The position numbers were made by a program, and so were the translations under genes. Of a stretch of DNA of 64,000 nucleotides, positions 47,754-56,525 are shown one piece after another (position 1 is the stretch's first letter; the number at the start of each line of letters is the position of its first letter). This DNA is from Acidimicrobiales bacterium (GTDB taxonomy: Bacteria; Actinomycetota; Acidimicrobiia; Acidimicrobiales; SZUA-35). The notes under the pieces are model-generated. The model saw only the letters and a program-made list of their open reading frames with translations. It did no database searches and was not told the DNA's origin. The DNA is taken from assembly GCA_037969565.1 (NCBI GenBank), contig JBBKXQ010000103.1, forward strand, positions 107-64,106. Direction: 5' to 3'.

Positions 47754-49327
47754 CAGAGGCCTCGCTCGTAATCAACAACGGCCTGGATGTACTCGGGAGG
47801 AAGCAGTGCGCCGAAGCCCGGCATCATGCCGGCGGCACTCTGGCCCCCACGTCCGTATCCCTGACCAGCCTCGGCCCCGTTGTAGATGAAGTTGTAATGC
47901 GCGTAGCTGGTGCGCTCCGGCATGTCGATGATCGTGCAATCGCCACCAAGTCGTCCGTCGTCGAATTCGACGACCTCACCCGACAGATCGGCGGCGGTGA
48001 GGACAGGAGGATCGATGAATCCGGCGGTGGCGGTGACACCCTCGGGCAGCTCGGCGGGGGCCACCTGCAACGCGAAGTCGGAGGCGTAGGGATAGGCGTT
48101 GGCCGAGACTCCGGCCGGCTCCCAGAGGTTGGAGATGGTGAGGCAATCGGCCAAGTCACCATCGGTGATGACCCGATAGAGGACTTCTCCGCCGTTTTCG
48201 TCCGTCCGGGCGGCGACAGGGAGGCCCTTGTCGTCGAGCCGAACCTTGGATCCGTCCATTGCTTCGTAATAGAAACCCTCGTCATCGGGGATTCCGCCTT
48301 CGGGAGACCAACTCCCGTCGATCCGCTTCCAGGTGTCATCGGGGAAGCGATTCAGAACGCCTCCGGCGCACAGGTTGAACCCGATGCCTGACGGATTACC
48401 GCCTCCGCACCCGGCAACACCGTCGGCCAACGGATCGCCGCCCGGTACCGGAGCAGTCGGGCCCAGGGACCAACCGCCGGTGTGGCAACGTCCGCAGCTG
48501 AGCGAAGCGTTCTGGAAACTGGAGAAGTAACCGAGGTTGAAGACGGCTTCTCCGAGCGTGTCGAACTCGCCGGCGTCGAGAGACCGTTGGAGCTCCACGT
48601 CGATCAGCTCGGCCTGCTTTTCAGCAGCCGCTCGGGCCACCACCGATTCGGCGTCGTTGGGATCGTCGGTACCGGCTGCAGCAATGGCGATGGGGTCGAG
48701 GGTGGGAACTTCGAAGAGCTTGATGTACTTGATCACGTTGGTGATCTGTTGCTCGGTGAGCGGTCCGCCTCCGGGTACGCCCCAGGCCGCCATCGGCGAT
48801 CCCGGCCGCCCATAATTGAGAATGTAGGTGACTTCCTCGATCGAGTAGCGGAGGAACACGTTGTTCAGCGCCGGAGCAACCCAGGATGCGTTGGCGAGGA
48901 ACTGGCCATCTTGATCCTGCAGCACATAAGGAGCGGCACCACCGACGCCACCCGCGGCGTGGCAGTTCACACACTGCGCTGTTCGGATGTAGACACCTTC
49001 GCCCCGGCTCTCGAAGTTGAGCTGGTAAGCGTCGACGGCACCCTCTTGTCGCCCGGGCTCGGCCAACCAATAGAACGGCAACGAAAGGGCGACGATCGCC
49101 ATCAGGACGAGCGCGAAGCTCAACGACCAGTCGAGCTTCTTCCCTTCGAGGTCTTCATCGGAGTAGTACTCCTTCTTGTTCGCCGCCAGTTCGATCTCGG
49201 AACCGAGTTCGGCTCGAGCCTGGAACGAGTTGCGGACGAAGAGCAGGACGAAGCCGAGGAGAACAACGACGGCGACGGTGAGACCGATCGCTCGGAAGTT
49301 CGCGGCGAATATTGCGGCACTTGTCAT
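47753..49327 (-). CDS. Membrane-anchored diheme c-type cytochrome, unusually long (524 aa)
   Basis: N-terminal hydrophobic anchor. Two CxxCH motifs (CVNCH and CGRCH) are separated by about 170 aa. There is a long C-terminal domain with no further heme motif. Confidence 0.85.
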   Translation of the reverse strand: MTSAAIFAANFRAIGLTVAVVVLLGFVLLFVRNSFQARAELGSEIELAANKKEYYSDEDLEGKKLDWSLSFALVLMAIVALSLPFYWLAEPGRQEGAVDAYQLNFESRGEGVYIRTAQCVNCHAAGGVGGAAPYVLQDQDGQFLANASWVAPALNNVFLRYSIEEVTYILNYGRPGSPMAAWGVPGGGPLTEQQITNVIKYIKLFEVPTLDPIAIAAAGTDDPNDAESVVARAAAEKQAELIDVELQRSLDAGEFDTLGEAVFNLGYFSSFQNASLSCGRCHTGGWSLGPTAPVPGGDPLADGVAGCGGGNPSGIGFNLCAGGVLNRFPDDTWKRIDGSWSPEGGIPDDEGFYYEAMDGSKVRLDDKGLPVAARTDENGGEVLYRVITDGDLADCLTISNLWEPAGVSANAYPYASDFALQVAPAELPEGVTATAGFIDPPVLTAADLSGEVVEFDDGRLGGDCTIIDMPERTSYAHYNFIYNGAEAGQGYGRGGQSAAGMMPGFGALLPPEYIQAVVDYERGL

Positions 49328-50196
49328 CAGTGTTCTTCCGAAGATCCAATGCAGTGGGGACCCTCGGCCTCTTGGCCGGTGGTGTTGGTCCCGATGGGCG
49401 GGCCCTGGATGATAACGCCGGTGTTCACGAGCAATTCATTGCCTGCGCTCACCGTCATGGGGAAGCGGTCCATGCCTCGCGGGGCCGGACCACCCTTCTT
49501 TTCGCCGACACGGTTGTACTGCGAACCGTGACATGGGCACTCGAACCACTGTGAGGTGAGGCACTCGGGAACTCGGCAACCCAGGTGCGGACAGGTTTGG
49601 TAGAGGGCGACGACGCCGGCTTCGAGACCAGGCTCGACCTGGGCGATGAAGCCGTAGCTCGTCTTTGCCTTCTCGAGGGCTGAGGCCGGGTATTCGGTGA
49701 CCCACATCCGACCCTCGGGAACGTAGAAGAACCCGCCGCCAGCTTTGATGCTGGCCTCGACGTCGGCCAAGCGACCGACGTTGATTTGGGAGCCGAAGCC
49801 TTTGGCCCCTTGGGGCCAGAGGAACGCAATACATGCCGCACCGAAGCTGCTGAGGCCGAGGGCAAACGTGGTGACGATGCTGCGGTTGAGGAACTGCCGC
49901 CGAGCGATACCGATGGTCTCGGGGTCGGGCGGCACGTAGGCAACGGGTGCGGTGTCGCGGGCCTTCTCCAGGGCGCCACTCTGTTCGTAGCGGGCAGCCG
50001 CTTCCACGGCCTTTCCGGTGAGAACGAGTTCCTTCTCGTCGTCGGTGTCGAGTCGGACGGCCGAGCGATCGCGCTTGAGCGTCTCGCCGGAGAGTTGCCC
50101 GAAGGCAGCCGACGAATCGCGGCCGCGCAGTGACGCGCCGACCACGAGCAGGGCGACGAGAGCCAGAATCACGATTCCTATGATCAAAACGGTCAT
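49327..50196 (-). CDS. qcrA: Rieske [2Fe-2S] subunit of the cytochrome bc/b6f-type complex
   Basis: CPHLGCRV...CPCHGSQY Rieske boxes with an N-terminal membrane anchor. Confidence 0.92.
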   Translation of the reverse strand: MTVLIIGIVILALVALLVVGASLRGRDSSAAFGQLSGETLKRDRSAVRLDTDDEKELVLTGKAVEAAARYEQSGALEKARDTAPVAYVPPDPETIGIARRQFLNRSIVTTFALGLSSFGAACIAFLWPQGAKGFGSQINVGRLADVEASIKAGGGFFYVPEGRMWVTEYPASALEKAKTSYGFIAQVEPGLEAGVVALYQTCPHLGCRVPECLTSQWFECPCHGSQYNRVGEKKGGPAPRGMDRFPMTVSAGNELLVNTGVIIQGPPIGTNTTGQEAEGPHCIGSSEEH

Positions 50197-50220
50197 TGCG
50201 GTACCTCGCTACTTGAGGAT

Positions 50221-50982
50221 CTAGAGCTCGAAGAACAGGCCGGAAGCCCAGGGAAAGACGAAGTTGAAGCCAGGCCCACGGAAGAACGAACCGATGAGCG
50301 TGAGCGTGGCCCAGAACATGAGGAACACGGTGAACAACGAAACCGCGAACTTGCGATCTTCAGGCTTGTTCGACGGGTTCTTGTCGATGTAGGGGGCCAT
50401 CGTGAGCACGATGAGGCCCATGCCGGGCACGGTGACACCGGCGACCATGGGGTGGAACATGGTGAGGAGTTCTTGGAGGCCGAGGAAGTACCACGGGGCC
50501 TTCGACGGGTTCGGCGTCTGGTTCACGTTGGCCAACTCGAGCAGTGGGGCGTTGACGAAGATCGAGAAGATCGTGAGGAAGGCGGTGCAGAACAGTGCGG
50601 CACCGAATTCGACGACGATCAAGTGGGGCCAGGTGTGGACCTTGTCTTGCGGCTTCGACTTCACGTCTTGAATCGAGCCCGACTTCACCACCGTCAGCAG
50701 ACGCTGCGTGTGTCCGGCCGGACCGGTCATGGCTGGAACGTCGGCCACAGCCGTTGCTGCCGCTACTGCCGTACCGACCCCACCGCCACCAACAGCAGCG
50801 ACGTCAGTGCCCTTGGATTTTGCCGACTTCGACCGCTCGAGCAGATGAGCGGGAATCTTGCTCGCCGAAGGATCGGCAGCAGATTCGGTCGAGGCCGCAG
50901 GCGCGGCCGGCTCGCTCGATGCTTCAGCCTTCTTGCGAGCTTCTTCGGCCCGTTTACGGAGATGCTCCGGGATTTCAGTCAT
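50221..50982 (-). CDS. Cytochrome b C-terminal half (subunit IV / PetD-like) with a ~110-aa N-terminal extension
   Basis: PWYFLGLQELL signature and 3 hydrophobic spans. The N-terminal extension is charged and Ala/Pro-rich and holds two copies of an IP[EA]HL[LR][KE]R motif. Confidence 0.88.
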   Translation of the reverse strand: MTEIPEHLRKRAEEARKKAEASSEPAAPAASTESAADPSASKIPAHLLERSKSAKSKGTDVAAVGGGGVGTAVAAATAVADVPAMTGPAGHTQRLLTVVKSGSIQDVKSKPQDKVHTWPHLIVVEFGAALFCTAFLTIFSIFVNAPLLELANVNQTPNPSKAPWYFLGLQELLTMFHPMVAGVTVPGMGLIVLTMAPYIDKNPSNKPEDRKFAVSLFTVFLMFWATLTLIGSFFRGPGFNFVFPWASGLFFEL

Positions 50983-51060
50983 TGCGAGTCCTCTCGGACG
51001 AGTGTGACAGGGGTGAGGGTGACATGAGATTCAGTGCTTTTCTGGGCAGAAACCGGGCGC

Positions 51061-51852
51061 TCAGAGCGGACCGGAAATACCGCCGTCTTTTCGGACCCGC
51101 CAGAAATGGATGGCCATGAAGATGACGGTGACGAAGGGCAAGAGCAAGACGTGGAGCACATACCAACGGAGCAGGGTGTCGGTACCGATCACTTTGCCTC
51201 CGAGGAGAACGAAGCGAACTTGTTCTCCGAAGACCGGTGTGTACCCCATCATGTTCGTGCCGACGGTGACGGCCCACAGTGCGAGCTGATCCCAGGGCAG
51301 TAGGTAGCCGGTGAAGGAGAGGAGCAGCGTCATCTGCAGGAGAATCGTGCCGATGACCCAGTTGAATTCTCGGGGGGCCTTGTACGCGCCGTGGTAGAAG
51401 ACGCGAGCCATGTGGAGGAACACCGACAACACCATGAGGTGGGCCCCCCATCGGTGCATGTTGCGAACGAGCAGTCCGAAGGTGACCGACGTCTGGAGGG
51501 TGTAGATGTCGGTCCACGCCGCCGCCGCTGTCGGGCGATAGAAGAACATCAAGAAGATGCCGGTGACGGTGAGGATGATGAAGAGGAAGAAACTGAGCCC
51601 ACCGAGGCAGAGCGTGTAACTCACCTTCACGGCGTGTCGCTTCACCTTCACGGGGTGAAGGTGGTAGAGCACCGAGTTCATGATGACGTAGGACCGGTTC
51701 CGGGGGCTGTCGGTGTAGCCCTTACGGAACACCGAGCCCGGCCGGAAAATGGAGTTCCACGTCTGCGAGCCCTGGATGGAATCGGTTGCGTTGCCCGCCG
51801 CAGCGGACGCACGCTCGGCGAGCGTGGGCTTGTCTTGAATCGACTTTGCCAT
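51061..51852 (-). CDS. qcrB: Cytochrome b6-type (N-terminal half of a split cytochrome b)
   Basis: 263 aa with NMHRWGAHLMVLSVFLHMARVFYHGAY and LLRWYVLHVLLLPFVTVIFMAIHFWRVRKDGGISGPL, which contain the four heme-ligand His contexts. Confidence 0.92.
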   Translation of the reverse strand: MAKSIQDKPTLAERASAAAGNATDSIQGSQTWNSIFRPGSVFRKGYTDSPRNRSYVIMNSVLYHLHPVKVKRHAVKVSYTLCLGGLSFFLFIILTVTGIFLMFFYRPTAAAAWTDIYTLQTSVTFGLLVRNMHRWGAHLMVLSVFLHMARVFYHGAYKAPREFNWVIGTILLQMTLLLSFTGYLLPWDQLALWAVTVGTNMMGYTPVFGEQVRFVLLGGKVIGTDTLLRWYVLHVLLLPFVTVIFMAIHFWRVRKDGGISGPL

Positions 51853-51955
51853 GAGGTTCCTCGGGTTAGGAATGGTGTTGCTTGTTCGAGCGGAGCGGAT
51901 TGGGATTGCGATTGGAATTACTGAGCGGGGCGGGTGGAACTGCGGGAATCGAGAA

Positions 51956-52372
51956 TCAGGCGAGGCGCATGCCGTAGCCGTAGCCGTATGACTCGGTGCG
52001 TTGATGGAAGTCGCCGGTGGGATTCGGGTCGACGATCTTGCCGAGAATGATCACGCCCGTTGGGCAGCGATCGACGCACAGTGCACAGCGGGTGCAAACG
52101 TCGTCGTCGATCGTGAAGATGAATGCGTCAGAAGGATCGTCGCCCGGCTTGGCGACGCCGTAGCTCTCACTGATCGAATCAGTGGTTTGCATATGGATGC
52201 ATTTCCACGGACAGATGTCGACACATCCCTCACAAGCAATGCACTCCGACTGATCGATGTGAATGAACTGCTTTGGCTTGACGGCCTTCGACAAGTAGTC
52301 GGCATCGACCTCGACGAGGATGTAGTCGTCACGAAATTCCGGGAGCGGTGGGTTTGCGTCGGTGGTGACCAT
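51956..52372 (-). CDS. 2x[4Fe-4S] dicluster ferredoxin-domain protein
   Basis: 138 aa with two CxxCxxCxxxCP motifs (CIACEGCVDICP and CTRCALCVDRCP). It sits 9 nt after the upstream membrane-protein gene and 103 nt before cytochrome b6. Confidence 0.88.
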   Translation of the reverse strand: MVTTDANPPLPEFRDDYILVEVDADYLSKAVKPKQFIHIDQSECIACEGCVDICPWKCIHMQTTDSISESYGVAKPGDDPSDAFIFTIDDDVCTRCALCVDRCPTGVIILGKIVDPNPTGDFHQRTESYGYGYGMRLA

Positions 52373-52381
52373 ACGGCAGCC

Positions 52382-52822
52382 TCAGCCTCTCTTCACGAGC
52401 GGTCGGCCATAGGAGCTCGTGGCGACGTCGGTCGAGGGCTTGGCCTTGCCCCGGTTCTGCCACTGCGACCACATGACGATCATTGCACCGAGGTAGATGT
52501 TGTAGATCACGACGGCGCCGAGATCGGAAAGCACCCGGTAGGTGATCTCGAATGGGAACCAACCACCACGGCTCTGCGCCGCGATCAAACCCCAGGCGTC
52601 CCAGATCCGGTCGGCTCGGAAGCTCCACTCGTTCTCGGCCAGGGTGAGCCACTGGTGGGGAACCACGCCGAACACGATGAAGAGCAAGAAGTAGATGTAG
52701 ATGGCGAAGAGCATCGACTCGCCCCACGTCATGTGATCTTCCGGGGCGCGACGTTTCCCGTAGACGACAATGCCACCGGCCATGGCGAGTGAGATCAAGA
52801 TTGAAACCACGAGGGCGACCAT
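52382..52822 (-). CDS. Small uncharacterised integral membrane protein, first gene of the bc-nuo array
   Basis: 146 aa with about 3 hydrophobic spans. GAGGAG lies 6 nt upstream of ATG 52822. No recognised motif. Confidence 0.7.
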   Translation of the reverse strand: MVALVVSILISLAMAGGIVVYGKRRAPEDHMTWGESMLFAIYIYFLLFIVFGVVPHQWLTLAENEWSFRADRIWDAWGLIAAQSRGGWFPFEITYRVLSDLGAVVIYNIYLGAMIVMWSQWQNRGKAKPSTDVATSSYGRPLVKRG

Positions 52823-52922
52823 GGAACTCCTCTGAGCAGCGCTGAGGTTGAAACGGGGACAAAGTTTTGTGACAGGGACAAGTGCAAAGCAGAACGAGGT
52901 TCAAAGCAGAGGCAAACGACGC

Positions 52923-52940
52923 TTGTGAACGTCTGCACAA
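52923..52940. promoter_or_regulatory. Candidate Rex operator (ROP)
   Basis: TTGTGAACGTCTGCACAA matches the palindromic actinobacterial Rex consensus TTGTGAA-N4-TTCACAA at 13 of 14 arm positions. It lies 101-118 nt upstream of ATG 52822 in the divergent intergenic region. A TAGATT -10-like hexamer on the operon strand abuts it (52939-52944). Confidence 0.6.
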
Positions 52941-53272
52941 TCTAATCGGCCACGAGGCGCCGCACACAAACCGCGGCGAATTGAAATACTGCGGTTGGAG
53001 GACGCATCGTTGCCCCACGGTGCGAGGACTCGCTCCATGCGACGCCTAGGTGTAGCACGACGAGAAGCAATCGACCATCACTGGGCGTTGGAGATCGTCG
53101 ATGAATGTCGTCGGTACGGAACTCGTTGAATCGCTCGACGATCGCCTACAGTGCAGCGCCGTCGGGTCGATGTGATGCAAACGCGCCACATCGCACCCAG
53201 GTGGTTCGCCACTTTCGCACCGTTTTCTCTACCGTTCGTTCAACCGCCACCACTTCTCTGGCCGAGGGCACA

Positions 53273-54145
53273 GTGACTGAAATTCCCGAACACCTCCTCA
53301 AGCGAAGCCGAGCCGCAAAGGGCAAGCCCGATGAGGCTGCGCCGGCAGCGGCCGTCGAGGCATCCGGCGAGAAGCCGGCCGCTCCCGTGGCTGCCGGGCC
53401 ACCCGCACTCGCCAAGGCCGCAGCTTCGATCTCGGCTGATCCGGCACCGGCTGCAGCAGCCCCGGTTCCTCACTACATCGCCGCAGCCAACGCCCGACGC
53501 CGACTTCCGGTGTGGGCCTTCTTCATCCTGGGTTTCCTGCCCCTGTGGGCCATCTCGTTCGCCGGCACGATGCAACAGCCGGAGGTCGAAGACCCACTGT
53601 TCACCGAGGCTGCGCTCGTCTACACCCAAACCGGCGGTTGCTCGGGCTGCCATGGCGCGGGCGGTGGCGGCGGAGTCGGCTACAAGTTCTCCGACGGCGA
53701 GATCATCAAGTCGTTCCCCAACGCCATCGACCAGATGGTGCACGTTGCCCGAGGCTCGGCCGCAATCCTCGATGAGCAGTACGGGAATCCCGATCGCGAA
53801 GGTGGAGCCAGGATCTCCGGAGCCCGAGCCAACGGAGCGATGCCGGCGATGACGGGAGTCCTCACCCTGAGCGAGCTCGAACTCGTGATCTTCCACGAGC
53901 GAGCCGTGCTGGGCGGCGAAGACACCACCAGCCCCGAGTACGTGGAATGGATCGATCATCTCCGCGAATCGGCTGAAGCAGGCGGCGGATCGCCGCTGTC
54001 CGATGCCGACCTCGAGCTTCTCCTGAAGTGCGCCGATCCAGTGATGACTCCGGGAGCAACCGGCGAAGGATCCACCGGCGATGACGGCGAAAGCAACTGT
54101 CCCGGCCCGAAGGCTGCGGCCAGCAACGAAGCGGCCTCCAGCTAA
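53273..54145 (+). CDS. Membrane-anchored monoheme class I c-type cytochrome
   Basis: Start placed at GTG 53273 (GAGGG 6 nt upstream), giving VTEIPEHLLKRSRAAKGK. An Ala/Pro linker and one hydrophobic span follow, then CSGCH and a distal GAMPAM (Met ligand context). Confidence 0.8.
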   Translation: MTEIPEHLLKRSRAAKGKPDEAAPAAAVEASGEKPAAPVAAGPPALAKAAASISADPAPAAAAPVPHYIAAANARRRLPVWAFFILGFLPLWAISFAGTMQQPEVEDPLFTEAALVYTQTGGCSGCHGAGGGGGVGYKFSDGEIIKSFPNAIDQMVHVARGSAAILDEQYGNPDREGGARISGARANGAMPAMTGVLTLSELELVIFHERAVLGGEDTTSPEYVEWIDHLRESAEAGGGSPLSDADLELLLKCADPVMTPGATGEGSTGDDGESNCPGPKAAASNEAASS

Positions 54146-54257
54146 TTCGGGTAGTTCCTGGTCCGCTCTGTTCGCCGGCCTACAGCAACCTAAGGTTGGG
54201 ACCGAAGAGACCGGAGAAGCCACTCCTCGCTTCTCTTCTCTCTGTCTGAAGGATGTT

Positions 54258-56519
54258 ATGCGCAGCCGTCACACCATTGCAGCCGTTGCTGCCATTGCTT
54301 GTCTGCAACTCGTTGCACCCAGCGGCGCCACTGCGGCCGCCACTGATGAGGTCGTCACTCGCCCCGGTGAAGTGGTCATCGAAACCGTTCCTGGTGTCTC
54401 GCCCTCCGATCCCGAGGTGCTTGCCTCCGTCGAGGCCACGCGGGCCGAGCAACAGATCGCTTTCGACGAAACGGCGGCGTCTTCGGCACCCCGTCGGTCG
54501 GCGGCCCTCACTTCTGCTGGAATCGCTGTCACGTTCGTCGAGCCGTCGACACCCAACGACGTGCGAGCGGTGGTGAACGCCGCCGTCGCCGACTGGAACG
54601 CAGCCTTGGCGACCAGCACCAACGGTCCGATTTCCCTGGCCTTCGATTGGTCGAACCAAGGCGGCAGCGGCGTGTTGGGCTTCGCCGGCCCGACCCAGTA
54701 CATCAAGCGGGGAGATTCGTTCATACCGACAGCGTTGGCGAACACGCTCGACAACAGGGACTACACCGACGGCCACGAGATCGTGGTCACGATCGCCAGT
54801 GAGTATTACAACACCGGGTGGTATGTGAGCACCGATGCCAACGTGCCGGGCAACAAGATCGACCTTTACGGAACGATTCTCCACGAGATCGGCCACGGAC
54901 TCGGCTTCCTCGGTTCGGTGCAGGGTCCGGCCGACAATCCCCGATTGGCCGACCAACCCGACAAGTACGACACACTGGTTTCGGTCGATGGCGCCAAACT
55001 TCTCACCCTGCCCAACCCCAACGGCTTCCTCACATCCAACAACCTCGACATCGCCATCGGCGGAGGTTCGGTCCACCGCATCTATGCCCCGACCCGATTC
55101 CTCCTCGGGAGTTCGTTCAGCCACTTCGACGAACTCGCCTACCCAAGCGGAAGCGCTGGATCGCTCATGACCCCCTCGCTGTCGAATGGAGAAGTCGAAC
55201 GACAACTCGATGGGCCGACCCTCGGTGTGATGGCCGAATCAGGTTGGCCGATGGACGTCCTCCCGCTGACACCGACGATCGCCTCCACCCAGATGGGACA
55301 AGGGTGGGTCACAACCAACTGGGCGGTTGATCTGCGCCAGCGTGGTACGCCCGCCACCGATTACATCGTGCAAGCCCTGCTGAACGGTGGAGTTGTGAGC
55401 GCGGTCACCACGCCCGGTGCGGCCACCACTGCCACGCTGTCCGGCCTCACCACCGGTTTCAACTACACGATTCGGGTCACGCCTCGAACGAACGGCAAGG
55501 CCGGCATCCCGGCAACCACGACCATCGCCTTGGTGCTGCCACCCGGGCCTCCCCTGTTCGTTTCGGTGATCGGGTCCGACTTCAACCGCACCGTGAGTTG
55601 GACAGCCGGCCCCGATGGCGGAAGCCCGATCACGAGCTATGTCATCGACGCTTCGCTGAACGGTGGCGCTTACGTCAACCTCGGCTCCACCTCCGACACC
55701 TCGCTTGCCACTCCCACCCTCACCAACGACGTCTATCAGTTCCGGGTTCGGGCCGTCAGCGCCAATGGTTCCAGCGACTACGGCTACTCGCTCCCCGTTG
55801 GATTCACCAACACCGTCGTTCGGCCCTTCCCCCTCGACGGACAAATTGCGCGGCTCTACCAGGCCTATTTCCGGCGTGCTCCCGACGCGGCGGGAATGAA
55901 CTACTACTTGGGTCTCCGTGCTCAGGGCACATCACTGGCCAACATCTCTTCGGTTTTCGCCGTGTCCAGCGAGTTCATCGATACCTATGGGCAGCTCGGC
56001 AATCGGGCGTTCATCACCCAGCTCTATCGGAATGTGCTGGGACGAGAAGGCGATCCGGCCGGCATCAACTACTGGACAGGACAGCTCGACACCGGAGCCA
56101 GCCGGGGCGAGGTCGTGGTCGGATTCTCCGAATCGGCCGAGTTCATCCGGGCCACGCAGACGGCTGCGGCCCAAACATCGGTCGACGCAGCCATCTACCG
56201 CCTCTACCTCTCCTACTTCCTGCGGCCGCCCGACGATGCCGGATCGGGCTACTGGAGCCGTCAGGTCAGCAACGGTGCGCCCCTGACCGCCGTTTCGGAA
56301 GCGTTCGCGGCTTCGGCCGAATTCGTCAACCGATATGGCAGCCTCACGAACGCGCAGTTCATGAAGCTCGTGTATGCGAACGTGCTCACCCGCCAGCCTG
56401 ACACTGCGGGTTTCAACTTTTGGCTCGGTCGGCTCGACGCCGGCCTCGGCCGGGGAGACGTGATGCAGGGGTTCGCCGATTCGCCCGAATTCGTTCTTCG
56501 TACCGGAACGGTCAAGTAG
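54258..56519 (+). CDS. Secreted multidomain protein: metzincin-like HExxH domain, 2 FN3-like domains and 4 DUF4214-like repeats
   Basis: ATG 54258 has AAGGA upstream, followed by a signal peptide (AAIACLQLVAPSGATA). HEIGHGLGF and a downstream SLMTP Met-turn are present. Two FN3-like segments follow (YIVQALLNGG...YTIRVTP and YVIDASLNGG...YQFRVRAV). Four repeats match LY..(L/F).R..D..G..(Y/F)W......G.....(V/I)...F..S.EF. Confidence 0.8.
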   Translation: MRSRHTIAAVAAIACLQLVAPSGATAAATDEVVTRPGEVVIETVPGVSPSDPEVLASVEATRAEQQIAFDETAASSAPRRSAALTSAGIAVTFVEPSTPNDVRAVVNAAVADWNAALATSTNGPISLAFDWSNQGGSGVLGFAGPTQYIKRGDSFIPTALANTLDNRDYTDGHEIVVTIASEYYNTGWYVSTDANVPGNKIDLYGTILHEIGHGLGFLGSVQGPADNPRLADQPDKYDTLVSVDGAKLLTLPNPNGFLTSNNLDIAIGGGSVHRIYAPTRFLLGSSFSHFDELAYPSGSAGSLMTPSLSNGEVERQLDGPTLGVMAESGWPMDVLPLTPTIASTQMGQGWVTTNWAVDLRQRGTPATDYIVQALLNGGVVSAVTTPGAATTATLSGLTTGFNYTIRVTPRTNGKAGIPATTTIALVLPPGPPLFVSVIGSDFNRTVSWTAGPDGGSPITSYVIDASLNGGAYVNLGSTSDTSLATPTLTNDVYQFRVRAVSANGSSDYGYSLPVGFTNTVVRPFPLDGQIARLYQAYFRRAPDAAGMNYYLGLRAQGTSLANISSVFAVSSEFIDTYGQLGNRAFITQLYRNVLGREGDPAGINYWTGQLDTGASRGEVVVGFSESAEFIRATQTAAAQTSVDAAIYRLYLSYFLRPPDDAGSGYWSRQVSNGAPLTAVSEAFAASAEFVNRYGSLTNAQFMKLVYANVLTRQPDTAGFNFWLGRLDAGLGRGDVMQGFADSPEFVLRTGTVK

Positions 56520-56525
56520 CGGGAG

